Part shown: in pieces, positions 42,217 through 55,483 of the stretch
How the letters are laid out: each line of letters opens with the position of its first letter
How positions within the stretch are numbered: the first letter of the stretch is position 1
Assembly: GCF_964204645.1 (NCBI RefSeq)
Contig: NC_134029.1
Span: 4,588,001 to 4,652,000 of the forward strand
Reading direction: 5' to 3'
From: Tubulanus polymorphus
Lineage: Eukaryota > Animalia > Nemertea
DNA: 64,000 nt
Program-made: the position numbers and the translations under genes
Notes under the pieces: generated by a model
What the model was told of the DNA's origin: nothing
Seen by the model: only the letters and a program-made list of their open reading frames with translations
The model's database searches: none

Positions 42217-42530
42217 GTCCGGGTGGGAAATTGGGAACTCTATATTAGTGCTATCATCATACATAAGTATATGGAGATGGTAATTTCGACTTCTTTTACT
42301 GGGGACAAGCATAAATGGCACATCGCTTCATCACTATTGGATAGATAGGGGCATGGGTATATCAAAAGCTGACACAAACACTTTGTCACCAAACTTATTG
42401 GGTTTGGGTATATCACCCTGTTGCCTGAATCAGTAACGCCTGGTTATCGAGACTCGACTAACTGTGAACCAGTCGCTGGTGGTGCCTGTGAAGGCAAACA
42501 TCATCTGGATGAAGTTACAAATGATCATCA
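42217..42530 (+). pseudogene. Probable decayed DNA transposase fragment (Academ-like)
   Basis: VRVGNWELYISA at 42217, followed in the expected order by F-x-x-D-x-H, HFVTK, LVIET..TVN and AGG remnants. These resemble the remembered R-x-G-N/D-W-x-L, FV, IEQT-x-N, GG motif series. Frameshifted. Confidence 0.35.
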
Positions 42531-42603
42531 TTTCGATCAGATTTCATATACCATAGCAAGACGAACCCATGGTTGACATTCGAAAGGTAGACAGAAAGAA
42601 CAG

Positions 42604-42736
42604 TGCCTAATTGCAAAATCGTGACTTAATTCCAAACGTGGCCTTGAATCGTGAGACCGGTTTTTAAGTTTTGTGATTTGCTATATCTTGGCTTTAGACA
42701 GGTCTTAAATCTAAACCATGACTGTGCAACTGGCCC
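42604..42736 (-). mobile_element. MITE family C copy
   Basis: Reverse complement GGGCCAGTTGCACAGTCATGGTTTAGATTTAAGACCTGTCTAAAGC aligns with 13385 onward. Ends GCCTAATTGCA and TGCAACTGGCCC. Confidence 0.65.
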
Positions 42737-45700
42737 TTGGTAAGAGGCCTAAACCCCGAAAATTTAGATGAAGCCTGTTCACTATTCTGACTGCTGTATG
42801 TGGCCCACTGACTAATGATAAGTCCACAAATGTGGATACATTCGATTGTGCCATGGACAAGCCGGAAACTGCCTAATATCAACTGAATAAAAGATTATAT
42901 CGTTACATCCTAAGGATGATAAATTTCCTGAAATATTACAAGAAATGTTTTTCTGCTGAGTCATCAAATTGTGATGTTGGAAACCGACGTGTTTAGGAAT
43001 GTTCAGGGGGTCGCGGGCGCTATGGAACACGATGTTAATGATTTATGGATCGAAGTAATGAAAGCGCTCGTCCATATTGGATAATCCCGACCTATTGTGA
43101 AGAGTTATATGAATAAATACCGGCAGATATCTTGGATGCAGGTCGGAATGTTTCTTATCACGTGTGTCTATACCTCGTAACCGTAAATCAGTATAACATT
43201 AGTTACGGCAAGAAGAGTGGCATTCGTGTATTCAACAAGGGTTATATCAGTTTAAAATTGAAAAGAAATAATCCACCACATCCTGGTGCAGTGCAGGTAT
43301 TGGGGGAATCACAGACGTTTGATGGCGAGTTCAAAATAGTTTTTGCGATTATTTGCGTCTTTGATTCCAATAGTCGTGAGTGCCAATAATAATGAAGACC
43401 TTTACGCCACAACAAACAGGCCGAACAACAGATTTGAACCTAATTGGAAGGATCCTTAAACAACCAAGATAGAGGTTATCTAAAGAACCTGTCCGTGTGA
43501 AATCGAGGTTTCATCAAAGAACCTTGGGGCCCTGAAACATGTCATTACACAGTAACAACTTTTGAAATTAGTGGGGAATGAATCTGATATTGATTTCGAA
43601 ACCGGCAAATTTTGTGCCAAACCTAAGATATTCTTGTTGATTTGTTAAATCGCCTGCGACCGAACTAATTAATTGAATTCAACGTTGAGTCATTCGAAGA
43701 AGAATAAAACGGAAGAACAGACGAAAATGAAATCCTCAGACACCACCGTAAATCTTCTCCCGGAACAATTAAACTGACCAAGCGGTTGTTTCTTTCGTCT
43801 CGTCTTTTGAAGTACTGGTTACATTCAATAGCTGTAAGCATCGCGGCGCAGATTAGGGAAATCCAATTTCTGATTGGCTTCGTTTCGTCGAGTCGACGTC
43901 ACACACGAATCGGCGAAATTTAACCGCACAAGCCACCAATCAAGCCATTGTTTGTCAAAATGAAAAATTACCGATAGCCAGTTGTCGTTGTAGCCCGTTG
44001 GGATTCGACTGTGTTCCTGGCAAGAATTGTGTTTGAACTATTGTTATTCGCAGTCAGTACCAGGTGACGCGTGTTAGTCATGTAATATAAACAATTGGAC
44101 ATCGTTTTCAGCGCGTCTCAGATATTTTCCTCGCGGTTCCTATTGTCCAATCAGTCTTGTTCATTTGTCCGGATGTTGCGTGATGGCACTTTTTAAATGC
44201 ATTGTGTCGGCGCCGGTGTCTTTCTTATTCATCTGTGTAATTTCTCTCGAAGACCAGGTGCAAAGTGATCGTCGAGCGAATGGTCTTTAAATCTCATCTT
44301 CTTTTTTGTCGGTGTGTGTCATGGAGACGCGCAAAAATAATTCTTCACGCGCAAAGGAAAATACTTATCAAGCTCTGCTTATGACCATCAGTATCGCGTT
44401 ATCAATCTGCAGCCGGGCCTTATCCACCTCAATCGATGACAATCGAACAAATTCCAATCGTGTACAGCCTTCACTTGCGTTCAGGACCTCACTTCAGGCA
44501 TTTCTAATCGAAAATGCACTGATTACAAATAGATTACAAACACTATTATAGGTACAGTTGTCAAGAGTTCGTTTTTAGAGTTCGCTTCCAGGAGATTGAC
44601 ACCTTACTGTCATCTCTAGCTCTGATAGATCTGATCATTTCCACACAAAAAAAAGGATCTGGTTCAATGGAACCACGATGTAGCTACCGAAAAATGGAAA
44701 ACGTTGAGTCGTCTTTGGTGATGTGCGATGATGTTTATTACGTCCTCGCTAATACGAGTAATGAACGCGGTTGTAAACAGAATGAAATCGCTCCGCTACT
44801 ATCGGACAATACTCAATTGGTTCTCATCGTCACCTCGTATGTCGTCCGTTATTTTTATCAGCGCTAGATTAGCTAACTCATGTCGCCTTTGTACCCATCA
44901 TGACCCGGGGACAAACCACTTTTCGCAATTACCAGCTCCAAATTGAAATTTTCGCCAGTTTGTCGGCCGTATTTAGAGCAGAAATGAGGTCTCGGATTCG
45001 ATTATCACGTCAACTTAGTCAGCCGACCCCTCGCGACGACATTCGCTCATCTTCGCAATGTCAGCTGCCCGTCGTTTCGGCGGATATTTAGCGCGTGGTA
45101 GGTAATTTCAGCGGATAGTTTGCGCGTTCGTTCCGATCGAGTGACGTCACCGTGGGAGTGTTCGTTCGACTGTAACTGATAGAGAGAGTCGGTGAATTGT
45201 CGATAAAGCGCGTCCGAGTCTGTCGTTGTCGTCATTCTGATAACGACCTATGCTGGATGGTGAAACTGAACAGATCGTGCCTACAACGGAGAATTTGCAC
45301 CTTGCGCATCTCAAACCCATCCCAGCCGAACATGGAGCACAAAGCCGAGCACTTCAAAATGGCAACGAAAGCGCGCCCCGGTCTGTTGTGAATATATCTA
45401 TATAGCGCCTCGACGATCAAGTACTCTGAGCAAATGTATCGTATGAACATATGCAGACAGTACATTTGCTAGAGGGTCTTGAGATGTGTCCTGAACTCTT
45501 CACGGTTGTGAAGCTTGTATGATAAAACTTGTCTTATTTCTGAGATCCAGTTTTATCATCCCTCGGATCAGGTTAGAACTGTCTCCACGGTCAAGCACTT
45601 GGAGTGTTTAGACCATTTGCATCGGACGAGGATGACACCAAAACTTGACCAAAAATCAAATCACATTGCCCTTGTCTGTCCCGAAGGGTTTTTGGTATTA

Positions 45701-46413
45701 CGGTATTATTGAGCAGTAATTACTGTTTGTTACTGACATGGTTTGATTGTAATCCGACTGGACAAGTCAAAAGTCATCCTCATCCCGCGCAGTTTATTGA
45801 CTTTACCTTTGATGTTGTCGGGAAAAGACGGTCATCTCACCTCCAGTTGACATGACAACTGTCAGCATCATCTTCGGTTGCATTCGCGCGATCTGTCAGG
45901 AACATCCACGAAAAATCACACGCATTTCTCATCCATCATTGTTCGTTATATTATTGGATTGTCGCTGGAAATTGTCTTAAAATGTCATCGTCTTTCGGAT
46001 CTCCGTCGCGCCCGCCTCGAACACAAAGCAATAACTCAGATTTATATTAACCGTCGACCCCGAAACACCGGTTTACTGTAATCGCAAATTCCTGCTTAAA
46101 ATTCATAATACGTTTAATGTGAAAAGCTGTTTAAAATAGCGGAAAATTAGTCCCGTTTATTGGATGTGGATTGTGAATGACATCGAAAAAGTGACGTCGT
46201 TTTAGGAAACGTGACTAACCAATGCGATGGGTTCGAATCCTGGTAGCGATAGAATTTCGCGGTTAATTTGATTAAAACCCACCATATAGAAATTTGAAAA
46301 AAAAAAATAGAAATTAACGTAGCAAATCAAAAAGATGAGAGAACCGACGTTTCGGATTCTGAGGAGAGAATCCCACAATGATAATAAAAAGTCCGAAAAT
46401 GAAACTTTTATTC

Positions 46414-46462
46414 GTTTATTTCAACGTTTCGACTATATCCTAATAGTCATCTTCAGGAATAA
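46414..46462 (-). ncRNA. Minimal type I hammerhead ribozyme (Penelope-like-element type)
   Basis: The minus strand reads UUAUUC-CUGAAGA-U-GACUAU-UAGGAU-AUAGUC-GAAA-CGUU-GAAAUAA. Helix I UUAUUC/GAA(A)UAA is possible with one bulge. 46419-46456 is identical to 34449-34486. Confidence 0.8.
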
Positions 46463-49400
46463 TGGATTCTCTCTAAAGACCAACGACCGATGGCTCTATG
46501 TTTTATTTGACTATTCTCCACGTGTCTGAGTATCTTTCTATTCTACCATTTTCGATCAGTGGTTCTACTAACTCCTCTCTTTTTCTCTTAAATAGATTGC
46601 GAATAAGAAACTCCAGCCTGCTAATAGAACAAGAGATGCACGTCAGAGAGAAGGCAGGTGAACTACGGGTAACGATTTCAATCGGCAATTACTTAAAACG
46701 CGTATAAAATCTTCATTAAGTCAATTACGGCGTGAACCTCAGGTTGCAATTCTCCTCAGCATCAGAAAGACGCGTTGAATAATCCGATTTTTACTGGTGC
46801 CATTGTTCTAGCAATTAACCGTAATCACCCGGTTGAAAATTCAACGGCTCGAAAAGACGCTTAGTCAGATTTTTTTAAGAAGCGGAAGCGAAACATCACA
46901 AGAACAAATAGCTTTAGTTTTTAATGCGCTTTCGCAAGTGTCGCATTTCCCATGGTATTTATGAAAATCTGACGGTTTCTGCCCAAACCTCAACAAGATT
47001 AACGCAATGCCTATGAAATCAGCCGACCGATCTCAACTCGTCTCACAGGCGCCGCACGAAAAATACTTTCATAAACATCAGTCGTGTAACGGACGATCGC
47101 TATGAAATCTTGTCAGTTTTTCAATCATTCTGAAATTCTTTTGACAATAGCGCCGTAGCGCGGTGCGTCAGATCGAGTTTTCTCGGCGGTGACATTTTTC
47201 ATAAAACTGAAGATCGCCTTGTTACAGTGAATCCCAGAAGGCTTTCGCAGTGTGTCGAACTGTTAATCGTTATCTATTGTTCCAACCCGCTGGCAATAGC
47301 TGATTTATCGTTCTGACGATGACGTAATCCATCGCTTAAAATGCCTCTACTCTCGTCGGGCCGCAGGTTTTGACAATGACACCTCAGCCGATGATGCAGT
47401 ATTGGGGCCCGGCCGGGTCCCATTAGGCTGCCGTATGCGAACTGAGATTTGTCAATGTTGTGTGGTTACATCCCACAATCAGGAAAGAAAGAGTTTATTT
47501 TTACGTTTCCACAATATCCTAAAAGTCATATTCTAGAATTCTGAAATACTGAATTCACGCATAACTGCTCTCAATCAAATTCTGCGGTTGGATTTTCAGT
47601 TTTTTCTTTAATTTTTTATTATTTGTATTCCCATAGTTCGTGGCATTTCTGTTCCGCGAATGCCTCTCCGACGCTTTTAAGTCATACATCTTCCGCACTG
47701 TCTTGTCGATGTAAAGATGGGCACGTGTGTACACGCTTCAGCAACTCTTCCACACAGCGCCCTTGACTCGCGCGCTAATCATATAAGCTTAATGTTTTGA
47801 ATTCTATTGAAGTGCCTCTTGTAGGCATTGTAATCGTCCTTTCCTTACAACAGTAATTAATGAATCACACCTCGGAGACTTCGAGTCAAATACGAAATTG
47901 AATTTGGTATTTTGACGGCATGGAGGCCCGCTAAGGTCAAGGTCGTGTGTATACATAGCACTTCCGTCTGTCGACAATGTACATAGCCCGACGTTCTAAA
48001 ATTCAATTTAGATGGCTGGTGCTGAACGCTGCCAAAAATGAACGATGTCGATAACCTCGACGAATAGAAATAAACGCCGCAGTCTCACATTCTGTTTACA
48101 AACACGAATTTACAATTTCTTTCGGAGAACTGAACAGAGCACCACAGCAAACATGGCACTAATGGTATATATTTTGTGTCGACCGGTACTGCACTGACAT
48201 TTGACGTTTGAGATTTTGTTTTCACTCGGAGTCTAATAGGTCTATTGATGGCTAGATTGCATGCGTCGGCCAATAATTGACTTTGGTGTTGAAGAACAAC
48301 GGAATAAGCCAGTAACAAGGTAGTAACCGTTGTAAGTGAAATAAATACCAATAGACATGCAACCTCTCGACTTTTTGCTTATTCGCTTCTGATCGAAGCG
48401 GCCCCGAGAGACGCCGGGTTGCGACCTTACAGATTCGTATGTCTTGTATGTGTCGAATCTCCGGGGATTGAGGAGATGATCGCATGAATTGAACCAGTTT
48501 TAATGGCGTTGCGAACGTTTTGATTAGACGAAAGGAACACAAATAGAGATCTGAATCTGAATCATTCTGATTTTTCTACACGCGTCGTCACTGTCGCTTT
48601 CTCTCGTTTGCTTGCGAATCGTTCTTTCGTAGTGCAGATTGTCTAGTAAAAAATATGTTTAGCCTTCTTTACTTTTCCGATTTGCAAATAATGTGCTTCA
48701 AGGGCTTGCTAATTATAAGCGCGTATTGAAATAATAACGCTTTACCCCAAGTCCTTCTTTCATGCCCAGCATTAGTAAGACACATATCCGTGTTTTGGCG
48801 ATAATATTAAGGAAATCCCAGCAATGATAACGAAAAAATTTAAAACCGAAAATGAAACATCTTCGGACTATTTTTCGTTAGAATTTATTGCTATACTCTC
48901 TTCATATATTTTCTTTAGGTTTACTGGGATCTAACCTAACTAATACGTGACGACTCCCTGTGGTTTATGGCTTTGCAACGACAAAAAAAACAACGTAATG
49001 GAACGTATCGATGGTGTACGGTGTAATCTATTCGATTTTGATGTTTCTAATTTGCCTTAAAATGTAACGAATTCGCTTAGGGAGACGGCATTGTTATGAG
49101 TAATACCTCGGCGTTATTGTTATTTGAATACTTGGTATTAATTTGAAGGATCGTTTATCCGAGCTACGATGACGCGCATTATCCCAGGTAATGACGCGTG
49201 GCAGATACCGAACACATAATCCATCAAAATACGATTTCAGGTTAATTAGATAGGTTAATTACATTAATCAAAGTTTATTTTTTATTGAATAATAAGGTTT
49301 GCCTACACAAATCTGCTGAATAATCAGATTTTTGAATCCAGTATTTTTTACGATAACCTTTATAAGTCGGTGATACTTGTCTTTATATCTGATATATTAT

Positions 49401-52400
49401 GAACCGGGACCGTTCCATGCACATACTCCAAGTTTCATCAGAAGGTCATACGGACTACACAGGTCAGTAAACGTGAAGACAGGTTAGTAGATCCTTGTAG
49501 GTTTAAGATTTTATTTAAAATACGGGCTACTGCATAGTAGCATTATCAGGTATAAGTGAGCCTGACTCAAATCAAGTTAACGTATACAGCGCTAGCTGTC
49601 TTCATATTTACTGATTTAACACCAGGTTAATACGGCTCTTCTGCTATAATGCTGCTAACACTTCAACGATATGTTTATAGGAATTCATTTCTTGAAAAAT
49701 ACCTCTGTTCCTGTTATTTTTGAAATGCCATTAAATTGTATCGCCGAAATTAATTTTTGAAGACAAAGACTCGATAACCATGCAAATACCATCTTCGAAT
49801 ACGACCGATCACAATTTCTGCTTATCGCCTGTCCATCACGTGGTCTCTTAACCAACAGACCTGAGGTGACAAATAATAACGCGGCTATGGCGGGTGACCT
49901 TTTTCGGTGCGAGCTAATTTGTCATCTTCCCCGACTCGACCAAAAATACGAGAGCGTTTCAAATCCTCGCTAGGATCACTTAGCAATCGCGGAAGCGTAA
50001 AAGACTGTCTCGGGCGTCTGGATTTTTCTCGCGCCCGTCTCCCGGCGAAGATGAATGGAGTTTTCATATGACCGCAGTCGGGCGCTTAGTGCATCCAGTG
50101 TGAAAACCAACGCGACGAATAATGAAAATAAATCATAAAAATTCGAATAAAGCAAACATTAGTATAGAGCGGCGATATAATTAAATCGTCTGGCGAGGAA
50201 AAAAACGCGCGGATAAGAAAATTAAACGATAAATTCAATTAGTAAACCGGCGGTATTATGATCTACGATGAGCGGCGGGCGTTGTGTGGATTAATCTCAG
50301 CAGGAAACCGATGGACAGATGGTGAAACTGTTCAACCAAACATCGAACAAAGGCTAATTTTTACCGAGTTATCTCTTATCACAGTCGGTTTATGCAAGTG
50401 GCCAATTTCACAAATCACGCTCTACTGATCGTACTGATATCACCGATAGCAGTCGAAATTGTCTCAACTCGCGTATTGGTTATCCGCAGTTCGTGGGTTC
50501 GAATCCTCTGTGTGACAGACTTCTTTTCTTCTAATCTCTTCATTTTTCTATCAACCGGATAATCAGATGGAACCGAACGCGCGCAGACGGTTTGTCCTAA
50601 TTAGAACTTTATAAGTGCCAATCAAGTTCTATATCCATCATGTACTCTTCAAAGAAGTTCATAGTTTATCGTGGACTATTCTACTTACGCCTAACTCATA
50701 CTTCTGTGACTTTTCGTAATCTTCCCTTCACAGATTATTCCCAAACTCATTCGGAGTTACTGACTCATTTGACAGCACCCTCATTTTTTTCAAAGATCAT
50801 AAAACGAGATTTCGTTGTTATGTCAATCCGGTTGTGTGTGCCACATGGGATCATGAATTCGTGTGTAATTGCTAGTTTGTCGTTGATGAGATTTTAAATC
50901 GTGTGCATCCAGTTTATAGCACACAGGTGTACGGAGACGACGGGGATCTCTCCTAGCGAATAATTAATAATGCAAACGCAGATAAACGGACTATTCCTTT
51001 GTGTTTAGGGTCCGATTGGTTCGTAATTAGATTGCGAGATTTGTGATAGTCAAGTGCCCGGTGAATTATGACGTTAGTGTACTGGCTGGACAGCGAAGAA
51101 AGTTTACCGAAGGACCTTAGGTGGATTTGTATCACTACCAGCAAATACGGGACTTTGTGCTCGCCAAGAAGATGCAGATTTTAGAACACGAGTGAATCAA
51201 CATAATATATAAACTCTGATTGATGTATGCAAGATTGGTGCCCAAAATCAGATGCTGACCCCAGCCTAAACTCTCATTGTCTAACAACATAAATATAGTG
51301 CCTTTGGCCTGTTTCGTCCATTTGTATGCACACATGTACATTTTAGAATATCCCACCCTTTATTTTATCTTCAAGAAAAACATTTTGGTGCCTCTGACGC
51401 TTGTTTATGTTGCTTGCATTCACGTTCTCGGGGAAACACGCAAACCTCGCTTCCGGTATACGAGCCGAGAAGGTTGTGAGCGCATGCGCGGGTGTATCCG
51501 CGCATTGTTGAGTAACCAGGCGCCAAAGGGCGAAATACACATCATCACCGTGTCACAATAAAGCTCGCGAGAATACGACGTCATGACCAAAGGTTATAGT
51601 TGATGACTTTAGAAGCTCATTACCTGATATTTAATCGTTGATTGCTGGCAGGGAATTATCGTAAGAATGGGAGCCATAGACTGAAGAAACACGAGTGGCC
51701 TTGAGCGCTGCTGCTACAGACGACTATCTCTACTCGAGACTGAGGCACGTTTATTGATTTTAAAACGGGCGAACAATATATTGATCGTTTGGAAAAAATT
51801 TAAAAAGACGAAAAGGATTTCTTTTCCGTGGGATTCGCTTTACCGACCTTATATAGGCATTCCCTTGAAGGGAAAATAACGTTCACGCTTTCGTTTTGCG
51901 ATCAAAGCAAAATAGAAAATTACAGGAGAAAAATGAGCTCGTGCCTTTCGTGAGCGTTTTATCTTTCTTATCAGTGCTGGACCTCGAACTTATCAAAACG
52001 GCTTTACAACGTTCTCCATCTCGCGGCCATTTCAACGATCAGTCAAAATTAATTCATCTCTCCTAGTAATTTTCGGGTCAGTTTCTTTGTAGACATTATG
52101 TTGAACTTCGCGAGTTCTCTAAGGCCAATCGACGCTCGAGTGGCTCTTGGAATATGGACAAGTTGTAGGCCTACTCAGCCTCCAGTTGCGCGTGTATCAA
52201 TCATGTGAGTCAAGCTATAAAATCCTTAGGTTATTGGCAGTAAAAAGGTGATCTGTTTTAGCTAACTGGACAATATCGTAATAAGGTGGCAATTTCAGAT
52301 ATAGCCTTTCAGATAACATGATGAATGGGCCAGGTTTGTTTACGCAATCGAATAACTTAAAAGGCACCTGACGGAACCAAGATCTTGTAATCAGCCAGGA

Positions 52401-55400
52401 TCAGTTCGACAACTGAAATATATCAATTAACCAACTTTTTAGCGGCTGACCGATAGCAGATTTCTACGAACATAATTGACCGCTGAATCTTTTTATAACC
52501 CGATATTGCTTGACCACCCTAAAGTGAGAGAAAAACCAAGCGCGTGTTTGCATACTGCGTTCTGCGTGTCGTTAGTGACTAATAAGACTGGTGCCCTGTG
52601 CGGTAATTGATTCTTAGACGGGTTCCCCGGGGACAGATTGAGCACGTGACAATTGATTCAGCAGTCGAGCCACGATGTCGCCGATATCCCGGTATCTAAT
52701 GGTACCATAAATTATATGAGAAATTGGAGTCGAAAATAAAAATTGCATTTGTTTGGTAGTTGACAAATGTCGGGTGTAGTGGATATGGTTTCCATATGTT
52801 ATCATGCGATATTGTCATTACCGATTTACATTCGATGGAACCGTTTGATAGATGCTTTATTCAAAAGAAACAACATCGAAATAAACGCAACGGCAACCGG
52901 AATAAAACTACAACTACCTACGACTCCGGAATATAAAGTATACTAATTTCGAAAGGCCAAAACGGGGTAAACAGGGAAGCTATCATAAGTCTCCGGTATA
53001 TGTGACATTTATATAGACATGGTATACCAAACGACATAACGTAATTAGAATATCTTTCAAAGGTTTACATTGTCAGATTCAGATTGATCTCGTTCATGTA
53101 ACCTCAGAGTCAGTAGTAGCTACTATATGAACCTCTTCAAGTTACCCGACCTTTTCCCTGTTTACTGGTAAAGGTCACACTCTTCTGGTGTAAGTGTAAA
53201 CTGCTCGATCACTACCGGCAGAAAGTATCGTCGACATTATTCGAATAAGAAAATTCGCGATAATTTCAAAGATACGTTCTGTGTCTTCGATATCCAATCT
53301 TAAGATCAAACCCCCTGTTTTATTCCAGAAAGGTGTGGCGGGTTCGTAAGAGACGCCAAATCAAATCAAACAACTGAATAGATAAGAGGGGAACCCTTAT
53401 TTTTCAAGATAAAAAACACATGCGAATGCCTTGATATTCTTCAGAGGTTCACCTGTGCAGAAATGAAACGATAATTTATATTCATTTCTAATGAATGACG
53501 TCTGAAGGTCATAAATCAAGGTGCAAACATCGGATAGCTTTTATACCACACTTATTAGCGAAGAATTGCCACACTCTATAAAACTATTAATATGACAGAA
53601 ATAATCACCCGAGTCCAATATAATACAATTCACATAATAATTCATCCCTTGCTACCCGATATCTTTATATCAAAAGACTATGTCTAATGGCGGCGTTTGT
53701 GGCCGAATCAACCACACAAAAACGTGAATATGTCGAAGAATTGATCGACACATAGAATGACAACATTTCAAAGTTGAAATAAAAGATGAATGATATATTA
53801 TTGTTTTCATTGTTAACCATATCGTTATCCTTGATGAGCCAATGAAGCATTGCCAAATAGGACTGGCGCTCCATGAAGCTGTTGTTTATGTTTGATGAGC
53901 TCGGGTATCATTCTGGAATCCCCTTGGTTGGCTCTACAAACTATAAACAAGCAGTAGCTCTGGCTCTTTAATGTATCGCACTTCTCCAGCCAAACGCGTC
54001 CACGCAAGGCTCCTATCATTGCCTTCAGGTTTTCACAGACAATATATCATCAATTTTGAATAGGTTATAGACGCATCTCGCATAGTTTTGGAATGTGGTT
54101 AATGTTACGATGGAATCTCAGATGAGTAGGTAACGATACCTAAAGAATGTAGAGCGCGACGAGACGAGTCGCGTCGTTCTCCGTGGTAACTTTACTCCGG
54201 ACATTAATAAATAATGGAAACTTGTCACAACAAACATTGCGCTGCAGGAATGTGTGACTGACCAGTCCGTCAGGCAGAGGACAAACACGTGCCGCTGAAA
54301 TGTGTCCCGAGGAGATTGAATATTCTGCCAGCGGCATGTGGCTAATGATTACGTACATCTATTTAATATTCAAAACAGTAATACCGTGAATAGTTGTCAA
54401 TCCTTACCGGTTACTGGATCTCATATCATATCTGGTGATTTGAAAATTAATCGATGCCCTGCCCTCTCTACGAAAAAGATATATTTTTACGCTGTCCAGC
54501 GTTGAGGTCTAGAGTTTGACTCATGGTCATTCATTGATTACCATATCTTGGCGTTCATCAAGCGATTCACTTATTACGACAGTATCATTTGATGTGTCCT
54601 CGTTCGTCGCTGCCATCTGTAAGAGTTTGCTAATAGAAGTGGTGAGAGTGGGACTAGAGATAGCTAGCGAACTGTGACCGTATCGTCAGGACTAACTGAC
54701 CAGTGGGTTGACTCACTGACACACAGCGATAGGTGCTTAAAACTAATTCAATTTCGATGTAAAGGATTTTTGTGAATGGCATTATTCACGGATAGGTCAC
54801 TCATTACAGAAAGATTCGAGTGCAATTGGCTTTTTCCCCATCGTGTTTGCGATTACAAGGGCAGATGAGATGACGACAGTCATATCCGCAACTACCTGAC
54901 ATTAGAACTTTCTCTTGTTACGACTATTAAAACGCGCGTTTGCGTCATCGAAGAAGCCGCCGTTATCGCTCGCTTCTAATTTCTCATGAACCATAAATCA
55001 TGCCCGCTCCAGAAGTACTTTAACTTCTTCTCCCCGGGGCTCAATAAAGATTTGAATTTAATTGGTTTTTGTCGGGTGACTATGAAATATTCATCATTTT
55101 CAATTTTCATTAACATCATACTTTGTAGAGAGTGAGCCACTCAGTGATTTCTGGGATTTGAATGTCGTAAAGAAAAGAGAAATTGAAATCGAGGAAGGAC
55201 CCATATTCACAGCTGGGAATTGCTGAAGCCGTTGAAAAAAAAGAAAGTTGCCTTATAGGTTCTCAGTGAAGTGCGCAACGGCGTGGGTTTTAGTAAAATA
55301 ATCATCTTCTGCCACTTAAGTTCCTTCTTCGTCCAGTTGAGGCTTCTCGCCAGAGTTAAAAGACTGTTTGTTGGCTTAGTTGCGAAACACTGACATGTCC

Positions 55401-55414
55401 TAACCGAATAGCAT

Positions 55415-55483
55415 GTTTCCCTGGGACTCGAACCCACGCATCTCGTGTGGGGTCAGACGGTTCCACTCGAAAGCCACTGTGAC
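55415..55483 (-). mobile_element. tRNA-derived SINE head or tRNA pseudogene
   Basis: The minus strand has an A-box-like TGGCTTTCGAGTGG and a T-arm TGGGTTCGAGTCCCA (B box 55424-55434) at tRNA-like spacing. No intact acceptor stem. Confidence 0.5.

Noticed and set aside
50293-50314. miR-216-like sequence TAATCTCAGCAGGAAACCGAT
   Set aside because: No complementary star arm on either side, so no precursor hairpin.
51110-51200. GG..P......E..FR pattern reminiscent of a P-element/THAP9 C-terminus
   Set aside because: Too short and degenerate to support.
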